Shown one piece after another: positions 16,701 through 24,756 of a DNA stretch of 64,000 nucleotides (its first letter is position 1; each line of letters starts with the position of its first letter). The translations under genes were made by a program, and so were the position numbers. The notes under the pieces were generated by a model. It did no database searches, was not told the origin of the DNA, and worked only from the letters and a program-made list of their open reading frames with translations. This DNA comes from Candidatus Obscuribacterales bacterium (GTDB lineage: Bacteria > Cyanobacteriota > Vampirovibrionia > Obscuribacterales > Obscuribacteraceae), in contig CBDDIJ010000003.1 in the NCBI GenBank assembly GCA_965228855.1, positions 3,040,001-3,104,000 on the forward strand. Reading direction: 5' to 3'.

Positions 16701-19433
16701 TGTGGTGACACCAGGAGTTACAGCACCAGCTTCTTTGCCGTCGATCTTGCCATCACCGGGCTTGAGTGGCGGAGGCAGTTTGGCCTCAGGAGTGAGCGAC
16801 GCGTCGACGCTGTCGTCTCCAATACCGGTAGTCGGGTCGATGTTACGTGCTTGAGTTGGCTGACCGGTAGATCTGCCCAATCCTTGAATTGTAGAGTCAG
16901 GATTATTTGTCGCTGGTTTACTTTCTGCACCTGGTCTGCGGAGCGGAACCGAAATTGTTCCTTCCGGACCAGCAGCGAGATTCACACCCGGCGTCTTTGT
17001 CGAAAGGTTGGCATTCGTTTGCGGTTTCAAGTCTCCGTCTTTCTTGTCAGCTCCACCAGTGGTGGCACCCGGAGCTAGTTTCACACCAGGAACACCGCCG
17101 CCGGCAGCACCTTCTTCGACATCCATGTTGAGCGGTCTACCATCCGGACCGAGGTTCGCGGCGCCATCTTTTTTGCCGTCACCGGAAAGGGCAGCCAGAT
17201 CTTTGGCACCAGGAGTCGGAGGCGTCACACCGAGTTTGTTACCGCCGGGACCTCCAGGCTTGATGGTTTTGTCGACGGGAGTGGTGATGTCTTTTTGCCC
17301 TTCCGGACCAGCCGCACCTTTTCCGTCAACTCCTTTTCCTGGAGGAACCAGACCTTTGTTCAAAGCGGAATTCAGGTCAGCGCCAGGGTTCTTGGTCTTA
17401 TCGTCGTTGTTGCCGGTTTTTACTTCCTTGCCGTCAACGAGTTGCGGACCTTTCGGTTGTTTATCCTTATCTTTGTCATCGCCGACGATACCAGCGTTGA
17501 TTTCGTTTTCCAATTTCTTCGCGGCCATAGCGGCTTGTTCCGCTTCGGCTCTTGCGCGCTTCGCTTCCTCGTCGCTACCGCCGGTTGGTGTTCTGCCAAC
17601 TCCGGCAGCTCCAAGTGCTGCTGCGCCGGCACCTGCTGCTGCTGCTACACCAGCACCCATTGCTCCTTTTTTGGCAGCATCGCCAATCGGATTGAGCGGT
17701 GCTCCGGCTGCTGACGCAGCGGTCTCCGGCACACCAGGTTTCTTAGCGTCTTCAGGTTTCTTCGGAGGTGTTACGCCAGGTTTTGCCCCAGCAGGACCAT
17801 CACCAGGTTTAATCGGCTTGCCATCGGCACCGATTCCGGTACCATCTCCTTTATCGCCCTTAGGACCTTTTGGTTCACCGTGAGCTGCATCACGAATGCC
17901 TTTGAGCAAGTGCGGATCTCTTGGTCCGTGAGCCAGACCTTTTAGTTCGGCTTTCTTCGACATCTCAGGTCCGCGAGCCGCACCGGTGGTGGTATCGCCG
18001 CCGATGAACTTCGCAAGCTGCATTCCGCGCTGAGAGAGTGTGTCTCCGAGAAATTTACCACCCTTCATCAAGCCGCCCGAAATTAGTCCGGCAGAAATAA
18101 AGTCCGACATCGGGCTGATCTGAGCGCGTGCCAGGAAGGACGGCACCTGGATCATCATCTGCAGAATACCGACAGCAAGGATGATTTTACCCCAGGGGTT
18201 GAAGTCCGAAAGAATCATGATGACGAAGATCTTGAGAAGACCAACCCAGACAAATGTCCAGAGGCTGACTTCAACGAATGATCTGACGAAACCGGATGTG
18301 ACGTTTTCAGTGTCCGGAGTCGCGAAAAATACAATAAAGATCGGAGCGAACATATACTGCGCGGTGAGCAGCGCTGTTTGAATCGCTTTCAAAACCAGGA
18401 TGTACACTAGCTCGGCGATCAGGATGCCGCCCAATATAAGGTAGATGATCAAGCCGGCGAATGCGACCAGGTTTCCTACGGTACCCAGTGCGATACCACC
18501 AGGACCTGCACCGAGTAGTCCACCGAATGCCTGACCGGCAACTGGTGCCGTTGCGTTAGCGATTAGACCTGCGCCAGCCATCAAGCCGCCTTTGACCGCT
18601 GCAGCCATGGCAGCATCAAGGGCGGAGACCTGGTCAGCAGAATTGAAATAAACAGCTTTGATCATTTCGTTCGTGATTTGAATTTCGAACGCGTAGATCG
18701 TCGGCCATGCAAGCATCAAACCTGCGGTGAAGATTAAACGACCGACAGCACCGACCAGGTTGCCACCGCCTCTCCAGGCTGCTTCAGCCCAGTACTTCCA
18801 TATACACAAGATAAAGAGGAGGAGGAGAAGGTCGACCGCGATACCGTACATGACGTCTGCACCCTGACGAATGAAGGGCGAGATATCATCGGCACTTCCG
18901 CCGCCTGGAACGTTGCTCATTCCATTAACTGCGACGTTCGGGTTGAGAACGAAAACGCGGAGGAAACCGGTCAAGAATTGCACGGCATCAGAAACCCAGC
19001 CGTTGATAAATTCAGTCAACCACTTACCAATCAGCTGACCGATGTTTGCGAACAGTTGCGAGATGATGTCATCACCCCAGAATGTATGCAAGCCGACATA
19101 GGTGTCGTTGTACTGTCTGAAGTTATCCGTCAGAAGAGCTTCTACGTTCTGGATAACGATGTCTTTGTTTTGCTCGGCGGCCTGGTTGACGTAGTTAGTC
19201 TGCGGTTCATCAGGAAACGCACGAGCGGTCGCATCGGTACCTTGTGCTCCAGGGCTCAGTGCGCCGGAACCTGGGTCTGCCGGCCATGCTTGACCGGGCG
19301 GCGGTGGCTCAGTTTGAGCGAATGCTGCCGAGAAACCGAAAGGCGCCAGCAGCGTGAAAATTGCTGCGAGCGCGACGACCGACTTGACGGTGCGATTGCG
19401 TATTGTGGCTAGGATTGAAGCTGGCTTGAGCAC
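13734..19433 (-). CDS. Extended VirB6/TrbL-like polytopic membrane protein with ~1450-aa Gly/Pro-rich C-terminal extension
   Basis: Signal-like N-terminus (AFA|Q) and multi-TM core (LLLLFILCIW, GRLIFTAGLML, MFAPIFIVFFATPDT...FVRSFVEVSLWTFVW) typical of VirB6-family channels; T4SS context. Confidence 0.75.
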   Translation of the reverse strand: MLKPASILATIRNRTVKSVVALAAIFTLLAPFGFSAAFAQTEPPPPGQAWPADPGSGALSPGAQGTDATARAFPDEPQTNYVNQAAEQNKDIVIQNVEALLTDNFRQYNDTYVGLHTFWGDDIISQLFANIGQLIGKWLTEFINGWVSDAVQFLTGFLRVFVLNPNVAVNGMSNVPGGGSADDISPFIRQGADVMYGIAVDLLLLLFILCIWKYWAEAAWRGGGNLVGAVGRLIFTAGLMLAWPTIYAFEIQITNEMIKAVYFNSADQVSALDAAMAAAVKGGLMAGAGLIANATAPVAGQAFGGLLGAGPGGIALGTVGNLVAFAGLIIYLILGGILIAELVYILVLKAIQTALLTAQYMFAPIFIVFFATPDTENVTSGFVRSFVEVSLWTFVWVGLLKIFVIMILSDFNPWGKIILAVGILQMMIQVPSFLARAQISPMSDFISAGLISGGLMKGGKFLGDTLSQRGMQLAKFIGGDTTTGAARGPEMSKKAELKGLAHGPRDPHLLKGIRDAAHGEPKGPKGDKGDGTGIGADGKPIKPGDGPAGAKPGVTPPKKPEDAKKPGVPETAASAAGAPLNPIGDAAKKGAMGAGVAAAAGAGAAALGAAGVGRTPTGGSDEEAKRARAEAEQAAMAAKKLENEINAGIVGDDKDKDKQPKGPQLVDGKEVKTGNNDDKTKNPGADLNSALNKGLVPPGKGVDGKGAAGPEGQKDITTPVDKTIKPGGPGGNKLGVTPPTPGAKDLAALSGDGKKDGAANLGPDGRPLNMDVEEGAAGGGVPGVKLAPGATTGGADKKDGDLKPQTNANLSTKTPGVNLAAGPEGTISVPLRRPGAESKPATNNPDSTIQGLGRSTGQPTQARNIDPTTGIGDDSVDASLTPEAKLPPPLKPGDGKIDGKEAGAVTPGVTTAGADGKVPVTVSLPGRRVQAPTGNLGKAAEGSEVVTPGGTADGQVRIQPGLTPAGGDNVNAQQTVTGEIKPPTGTPGATTDGGKVEIQPTVAAGGIPGVNLGGVIPVPAARRAGTGRTGAQAPGGFIDPGWEPDNSSPIRPMNLTSRAGGFGGGGGNGGDGGGGGMHTPPDDGRTPHGQAPASPHEQRLQATQSVVPMNNYQQAGYRWIPPRGISGGIRLAQDVTLGPSTSGEAELMGNAKGQTFHVRHAEGMDPDRLALQMMTAGYATLVGNDPVAYDAARQSAIAAGADKPKGFAQRMASGILSYNGGSWAQTANAKQAFQQALYTESVAGSQAYVNGQPGNAYTEYLNQRYGPMSDEQQAWGVHIMTDAGSPESSWHWGHIPATETLVRNAIPINATSRAIATNATVLRSRPWEQRAAIAGCSSYLEARKNDEIPDAHPMVADAWTGREAQLLPPAVVNTATALSAEFGDDACRDVKMVNDVANIVGAGADVGSYVQTYQALKAVQGIGNSVKNGGGGFAGGGGGVSPIQPRGGGGGGGSPMVSTNVSGTVLPGGGGGMEQVVDVPVDVDGGASPVGPLNLGGITPPIMGPGMGPGTRANVTFRQAPNQGMGTPPTQQMRMQGSSHPSGTGPIHINNVGGVGTPPPIINEQNVEVEIVPGHTPTPPPIDPSLIKVPPAAGSRPSEIRANVTFTAGGNNGGGSNNLGTQRVRFEAPLRDSTPQVNMQMGGYNDPGNSGQVIEQHVEAELMFGKTGDIGGVSAGEVEANLRNMVNQYDTTAEMAYNVVYDLHSAGFSYEQLSDPKIASVAMQVMATDKSMAQTAAVTAGKLGGNNFSLVRTQVVQAMMDCDPKWNQNNIDPKSIFAAEAIHGATQEYRTELLAEYADDISNSPEPQEHPVVKLQSYPTKNFVNQIISHPDYSGKPGASLHKQVVRVIREKVDQRLAGKDPYYGGSGTYQDYDDQSSYSQSGGSGGGGGSRRYYDPDD

Positions 19434-19994
19434 GGGGTGTTTTAATTTGCGAAAGAAACTGGAGTGGATTATGTCTGAAGTCTAAGCCTGGCGAGAAAAT
19501 CTGTCATTGGGGAAATTCCCATCAAAGGCGGGGCGAGCGAGCATTTCTTTCGGCTTTTTTGGGGCAAGCAAAAACGGTTTTTGCCCCGATAGATCTGCAT
19601 ATAAGTAAGAAGCCCATTAATAGGCAATTTCCAACACTCTTTTCGAAAATTTGTCAGAAATTTTTTCGAGCATCGACAAGCATTAAACTTGGTCAAAACC
19701 GAAGATTTAATCTGAACAGCTCAGGCTGCAAAGCACACAGCTATTTTCAGCAGAAATTATGTCGCTCGCAGGGACACTAGCCTAGCCAGCCAGGTCCAAG
19801 GCGCTTAGAGGAAGACAGACAGCCAGCCCTGAAATCACGGAAGGACCGACACATAATGCCGATCCCATCCGAGCCGTTCGACACAAAATTTGTGACGAGC
19901 TTGATGATTTAGTTGTAGAACTCTCAGACGTTAGTCGCAGAACAACTCAACACTTAGCATTCAGACTAAGGCATCAAGCCGATCGAGCCTTTAG

Positions 19995-20034
19995 TTCGAC
20001 CGAGGTCCGCGTATAACGAACCTCGGTTTCGAAC
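19995..20034 (-). terminator. Stem-loop immediately downstream of pilin A
   Basis: GTTCGA-CCGAGGT...ACCTCGG-TT-TCGAAC inverted repeat 7 nt after the stop; no clear U-tract. Confidence 0.45.
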
Positions 20035-20041
20035 AAGATTT

Positions 20042-20458
20042 TTAGAGACCGCCGCCGAGACCGCCGTAGTTGTTGATAGCGAAGGTACCGATCAAGTGAA
20101 CCGCAGTCGGTCCGCCGAATCCAACGCCCAGTCCTTTTGCGACGTTCATTGCCGACTCACCGCCATCTCTCTGACCGAAGGCAATCTTCATGCCGGCGAG
20201 TGACGAAGGTACTGTCGAGAGAGCTGTGACTACACGCGAGATGTCTCGAGCGGTGTCATAACCGAAGTCTGCCAATTGTCCTACTTCGTTCGATTGTCCG
20301 TAACGGGGGTCAACCGGAGCGCCTACCAGACCTTGTGCATGTGCGGCTTGGTCGTAGATACCGAACGCCATGAGCACCAGTTGGGGAGCCAGAAGGAAAC
20401 CAACACGAGTGGCAACCTTGAATTTGTGCGAAGAGGTGAGTTTGCTGAGTTTAGACAT
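20042..20458 (-). CDS. VirB2/TrbC-like pilin, copy A
   Basis: Leader ending AAHA|Q; two hydrophobic segments joined by LAGMKIAFGQRDG; GLGVGFGGPTAV; strong AGGAGG SD. Confidence 0.7.
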   Translation of the reverse strand: MSKLSKLTSSHKFKVATRVGFLLAPQLVLMAFGIYDQAAHAQGLVGAPVDPRYGQSNEVGQLADFGYDTARDISRVVTALSTVPSSLAGMKIAFGQRDGGESAMNVAKGLGVGFGGPTAVHLIGTFAINNYGGLGGGL

Positions 20459-20508
20459 GAGTTGCCTCCTAAGGGTGAGAATCGAATGGGGGTAGTGGAA
20501 GACTGAAT

Positions 20509-21186
20509 TTACTTGTGGTGGTTTATGATTTGACCGTAAACATCGGAGTTGGAGCTAAATCCAGAGCTCGTAGGTCTGGTCGATCCCGGTGAGAAGAATT
20601 GATTTCCGTACGATGCGACTTTCGGCTGTGCGTTCAGGCTCGATGGTTGTTTTGGTTTGACCAATCTGCCGGATACAGCACTTCGAGTTTGCGCCGGGCG
20701 TTTTGGAACCATTCGTCCGGACAAACTCTTGTTCGAACTCGGGGCTGTCATCTGCTTCGGCGCTGCCGGTGGAAGCGATTGGGCGACCACTGGCGCATTT
20801 TGTTGGGGTGCTCCGAATCCGGGATTGAACGGGGTTGCCGTCAAAGACGGTTTCGGAACGATATTTGCCTGGGGCTGACCATACGACATGCTGGGATGTA
20901 CGCTGGTCGCGACTCGCGGCTGAACCGGTTGTGGCTTCGGCGCTGGTTTGAGCACACTCGGATCGACACCGAGGAAGCTTGCTGCTTTAGGGACAGCTCC
21001 GTGTCCAACGCTCGTGGTGGGAGGATTGAAATTCTGATAGTGACGTTTCTCAAACTGTTGCGGTCCCCATTTGTTGGGTTCGAAGTCGAAACGTGCTCCG
21101 CGTTGACCTTGAGCCATCGCCGGGTCTACAGCGCCGACTGCAAGAGTGGCGAGTGTCAAAATTGAGAGGGTAATGATGTTCTTCAT
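20509..21186 (-). CDS. Secreted Pro/Ser/Gln-rich hypothetical protein
   Basis: Sec signal peptide (PAMA|Q), low-complexity basic body; co-oriented upstream of pilin A. Confidence 0.75.
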   Translation of the reverse strand: MKNIITLSILTLATLAVGAVDPAMAQGQRGARFDFEPNKWGPQQFEKRHYQNFNPPTTSVGHGAVPKAASFLGVDPSVLKPAPKPQPVQPRVATSVHPSMSYGQPQANIVPKPSLTATPFNPGFGAPQQNAPVVAQSLPPAAPKQMTAPSSNKSLSGRMVPKRPAQTRSAVSGRLVKPKQPSSLNAQPKVASYGNQFFSPGSTRPTSSGFSSNSDVYGQIINHHK

Positions 21187-21197
21187 TGCTGTAAATC

Positions 21198-21956
21198 CTA
21201 AAAACGAAATCCGTTTCTCATCCCGAAACCTGTCATCGTCAGACCTGTGAAACCTAAACCGAAGAGCGAACCAGGTCTTCTGAGTTGCGTGGCCAGTAGC
21301 CCGGCTCCGAGTCCTGCAGTTCCCGCAAGGTTGTTGGCGAAGCCGCCTCTGCGAGTGTCGCGTCTTACGATAGGGGTCTTAGATCCTCCGGTTAGAGTTT
21401 GGGTTTGACTGGAATTTCCGTATTGCGGTGCATTGTTGTTGCTCGCGAAACCTGGATTGAGCCAGTCGGGTTGACCGATTGCGTACTGACCTTGAGCGCC
21501 GGGCATCTGGTTCGGTTGGTTGAACGGGGTAAATTGACCAGGTGCACCCATTGCTTGTTGGCCGTACTGCGGCGTTTGATTTGACAGCTGTGTATTCCCA
21601 AGAAGTGAATCGAATGCTGCTCTGCGCATGTCCTTTGCAGACATGATGCCGCTTGCCGGATTCAAATTCATATGTCCAGCATCAGGAGTCATCTCCGTGA
21701 GCTGCCCAGGGGTAGCACTCATCATCATTCCTGCACCGGCATCTGCCTGGGGCACCACCTCTGGTGGCAGGAAGGAATCTTGAGAATAATTAGCTCCCAT
21801 GGATTGATCGAGAGAAGGAGATTGAGCTTCGAAGCCCTGCGCCAGGACCGGTGTCGAAAGCTGGCTCAAGAAGCCAACCGTAAGAACGACTGCAAGCATT
21901 TGCTTGCGACCATTCTTTTTCGATTCCGTGTGTCTAGCTTGCATCTCGTTTTCCAA
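21198..21956 (-). CDS. Secreted Gln/Gly/Met-rich hypothetical protein with Gly-zipper-like hydrophobic C-terminus
   Basis: Signal peptide (VLA|Q); C-terminal GTAGLGAGLLA...LFGLGFTGLTMTGFG. Confidence 0.75.
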   Translation of the reverse strand: MENEMQARHTESKKNGRKQMLAVVLTVGFLSQLSTPVLAQGFEAQSPSLDQSMGANYSQDSFLPPEVVPQADAGAGMMMSATPGQLTEMTPDAGHMNLNPASGIMSAKDMRRAAFDSLLGNTQLSNQTPQYGQQAMGAPGQFTPFNQPNQMPGAQGQYAIGQPDWLNPGFASNNNAPQYGNSSQTQTLTGGSKTPIVRRDTRRGGFANNLAGTAGLGAGLLATQLRRPGSLFGLGFTGLTMTGFGMRNGFRF

Positions 21957-22412
21957 ATCGTTGGGTTGCCGTCGAACGTGAGTTCATAGTACGAAATCGC
22001 TCATCGGACGAACATCGGTGGTTTTCCCCCCACTATGGGAAAATCCCCCCTCCCTTCATCCATATATAATTTTGTCTACTAGAAAATATCGTGCGTCTCA
22101 AAGCTCAAGAGAGAGCACCTGTAGGTCTTTCGAGAGCCCACGGAAGTCAAGCGCCACTAGTTTGGCAGTCCTGCGTAGACAGAAATTTTGTTTTCCGTCA
22201 TCGCAGGATAGACAATTAGAGCTTTACAAATGCCTAAAGACAGCATCATCGTCGGATCCGAGTTCGTATGCTCTCCAAGGCATGTATGCCGCGGACGCCT
22301 GGCGGCTGCGGTCAGGCACTCGTTAGGCACTCGTTCCAAATCGCACTCAAGAGCCAGCTACCTCAAAATCGGCTCCGACACCTCAGAGCGTCCCGCGGCG
22401 GCGCTTAGCGTT

Positions 22413-22490
22413 CTTCTACCCACAGTAGATTTCGACCGCAAAGGTCCCTGACTCAAGCCGCTTCGGGTTGCTTCTACCCACAGTAGATTT
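22413..22490. repeat. Two exact 20-bp hairpin-forming direct repeats, 38 bp apart
   Basis: CTTCTACCCACAGTAGATTT at 22413-22432 and 22471-22490. Confidence 0.9.
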
Positions 22491-22532
22491 GCCAGTAGAG
22501 GTCTCTCTAGGTTCGACAAGAAGAGACTCGGG

Positions 22533-22566
22533 AAAAACGGCGGTCCGCTGTTCGGCAGGACCGCCG
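22533..22566 (-). terminator. Intrinsic terminator
   Basis: Perfect 9-bp GC stem CGGCGGTCC/GGACCGCCG followed on the minus strand by TTTTT. Confidence 0.7.
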
Positions 22567-22650
22567 GGAACAGCAAAATCGTTCTCGTTTAACTTGCTGG
22601 TGGAATCTAGAAATACTAGAAGAGACCATTAGAGCTCTCGAAGGAGCTAT

Positions 22651-22695
22651 GTCTGTTTTGAAAATGTCTGTTTAGAAATCGTCTGTTTCGAAATA
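22651..22695. repeat. 3 x 15-bp tandem repeat
   Basis: GTCTGTTTnGAAAnn at 22651, 22666, 22681. Confidence 0.85.
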
Positions 22696-23006
22696 AATCG
22701 ACTCAGGTCTTGCGTCGAGACTGAAGTTTCAATTGACACTGCTGATGCTGTTTCACCTTGGCGGCTATGAGAACGCCGGCGACGAGCATCTAAGAGTCTC
22801 GACTGTTTAGGACGCAAACCTTCGACGTTCGAACTGAAGATTCGCATACATATAAATGATTGGGCTGATTCTTTTTGAGTTCGCAAGGGATTTGCGCAGA
22901 CCGCTTCTAATAGCGGTATCAGATATAAATGACTAGAGTCCGCACTTGCGCTGACGGTAGTTTGCCGCGCCTGGCGTGCTGAGGTGATGATCGTCGGAAA
23001 CGGTTT

Positions 23007-23075
23007 ATGGTCATGGGAAGGCCCAGCAGATGGTCACGGGAGTGTCCAGAAGATGGTCATGGGAAGGACCGGCAG
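23007..23075. repeat. 3 x 23-bp tandem repeat
   Basis: ATGGTCATGGGAAGGCCCAGCAG / ATGGTCACGGGAGTGTCCAGAAG / ATGGTCATGGGAAGGACCGGCAG. Confidence 0.85.
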
Positions 23076-23137
23076 ATTGCCATCCGCCGATCCTTTCCGA
23101 GCCGTTCGACAAATTTACTTTCCCAGTCGAGATCTTT

Positions 23138-23560
23138 TTAGAGACCGCCGCCGAGACCGCCGTAGTTGTTGATGGCGAATGTACCGATCAAGTGAACCGC
23201 TGTCGGTCCGCCGAATCCTACACCCAAGCCTTTGGCGACGTTCATTGCGGATTCTCCGCCGTCTCTCTGACCGAATGCGATCTTCATTCCTGCCAGTGAC
23301 GAAGGCACTGTGGATAGCGCTGTGACAACACGGGAGATGTCACGGGCGGTGTCATAACCAAAGTCAGCCAACTGACCTACTTCGTTCGATTGTCCGTAAC
23401 GTGGGTCGACCGGAGCGCCGACCAGACCTTGTGCGTGTGCGGCTTGGTCATAGATACCGAAGGCCATGAGCACCAGCTGAGGCGCCAGGAGGAAACCGAC
23501 GCGAGTGGCGACTTTGAACTTGTGCGAGGACTTAATCTCTTTAAGCGATAGCTTAGCCAT
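23138..23560 (-). CDS. VirB2/TrbC-like pilin, copy B
   Basis: Identical to copy A from SSHKFK to the C-terminus (130 aa); AAGGAG SD. Confidence 0.7.
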   Translation of the reverse strand: MAKLSLKEIKSSHKFKVATRVGFLLAPQLVLMAFGIYDQAAHAQGLVGAPVDPRYGQSNEVGQLADFGYDTARDISRVVTALSTVPSSLAGMKIAFGQRDGGESAMNVAKGLGVGFGGPTAVHLIGTFAINNYGGLGGGL

Positions 23561-23700
23561 TGTTGAATCTCCTTGAGTCTATTTTTACGGTTTTTGAAAA
23601 GTCTTTTTTTGTTTAGGACTGAGTCCTGTGTGCTGTTCGGACTGTTGTCCTGAGTTTTGCGATTGCGAGGACTTGCGTCCTTGAGGTGATGAACTAAGAG

Positions 23701-24696
23701 TTAGAAGTTGGTGATGATTGCCGTTGGCAGTAGAAGTTGATCTCTCTTTTGCGGGTTGGTATTCGCGGGATCAAACTGTGCGTAGGGGAAACCAAAATCA
23801 GTTGATTTGCTCGAGTATTGCGGCAGTCTTCTCATGCCTTGACCAAACTCTGTCGTTTGTTGAGCGGTCAGACCGAGGATGCCGTTTTGTCTCGTCGAGG
23901 ACAGACCGTAGTCTTGGACCGTTGAGCCTGTCGGAATCGTAGTTCCGCCGGCTTGGAATCTTTGACCGCCGCCCAGGTCGATGGCGCTGTTTCTCCAGCC
24001 GTTACCTGACGGTACACCGGTTACTGCACCCCAACCAGCCCAGGGTCCTAATCTTTCGATGTTGTCCTGGCTTCCGTCTGTACCGCCGCCACCGATGATG
24101 GAGTTTCTGCCGCGATATTCATATTGATGGGATTCTTGTCCGCCTCGTCTGACTGTCGGGATGGAGGTGTAATAGCCACCGGTTCCTGGAAGTCCGCCAG
24201 CGGGATTGATGTTGATTTCGTCAGCCGGGTTGATGTAGCCCATCGGAGCTTGCATTGAACCCGGGTCAGGACCAGGCGTTGACGGAGGTGCCGGAATGAA
24301 CGGTGTCAGAGCCGGTCCCAGAACTCCTGGAGGAGACTGAACTGCTGGGTTGATTGGCAGTGGAATACCCGAAGTGCTGTTGTCGATCTGGTTTGCCGGA
24401 ATTGACGGCACCCAGGGAAGGAGTGTGAGCGGCATACCAGCCTGACCAGGATGAACTCCGGCAGGTGTAGGACCGTCGCCCATCGCAGGCGGTTGACCTT
24501 CCGGCGGAGGTACAAAGGGTGCCGAGCTCGGAGCGCCATCCAACAACGGCGTACGGATTGTTTCAACCGGTGCTCCGGGCATTACTCCCGGTTGCACTGG
24601 ATTGCCGGGAAACGGCTGTGCATTTGCCGCTGCCGAGATGCTGACGCTGAGGGCAGCTGCTGCAAATAATGTGGAGAGAATCTTGGACTTACGCAT
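23701..24696 (-). CDS. Secreted Pro/Gly-rich hypothetical protein (paralog of 24757-25575)
   Basis: Signal peptide (ANA|Q), AGGAGG SD; shares motifs with the neighbouring gene. Confidence 0.78.
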   Translation of the reverse strand: MRKSKILSTLFAAAALSVSISAAANAQPFPGNPVQPGVMPGAPVETIRTPLLDGAPSSAPFVPPPEGQPPAMGDGPTPAGVHPGQAGMPLTLLPWVPSIPANQIDNSTSGIPLPINPAVQSPPGVLGPALTPFIPAPPSTPGPDPGSMQAPMGYINPADEININPAGGLPGTGGYYTSIPTVRRGGQESHQYEYRGRNSIIGGGGTDGSQDNIERLGPWAGWGAVTGVPSGNGWRNSAIDLGGGQRFQAGGTTIPTGSTVQDYGLSSTRQNGILGLTAQQTTEFGQGMRRLPQYSSKSTDFGFPYAQFDPANTNPQKRDQLLLPTAIITNF

Positions 24697-24756
24697 TGTT
24701 GGCCTCCTGAAGCCATATACAACTAGTGGTTTTGGCGATGCCGTCGTCGGCGGTGC

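Noticed and set aside
14085..19412. Long antisense ORFs opposite virB6 (also opposite virD4 and the TPR genes)
   Set aside because: Shadow ORFs expected from GC-rich, low-complexity coding sequence; no protein-like features.
22810..22821. GGACGCAAAC resembling a c-di-GMP-I riboswitch
   Set aside because: The upstream GGCAAA/GAAA-tetraloop stem is missing, and it is on the opposite strand to neighbouring genes.
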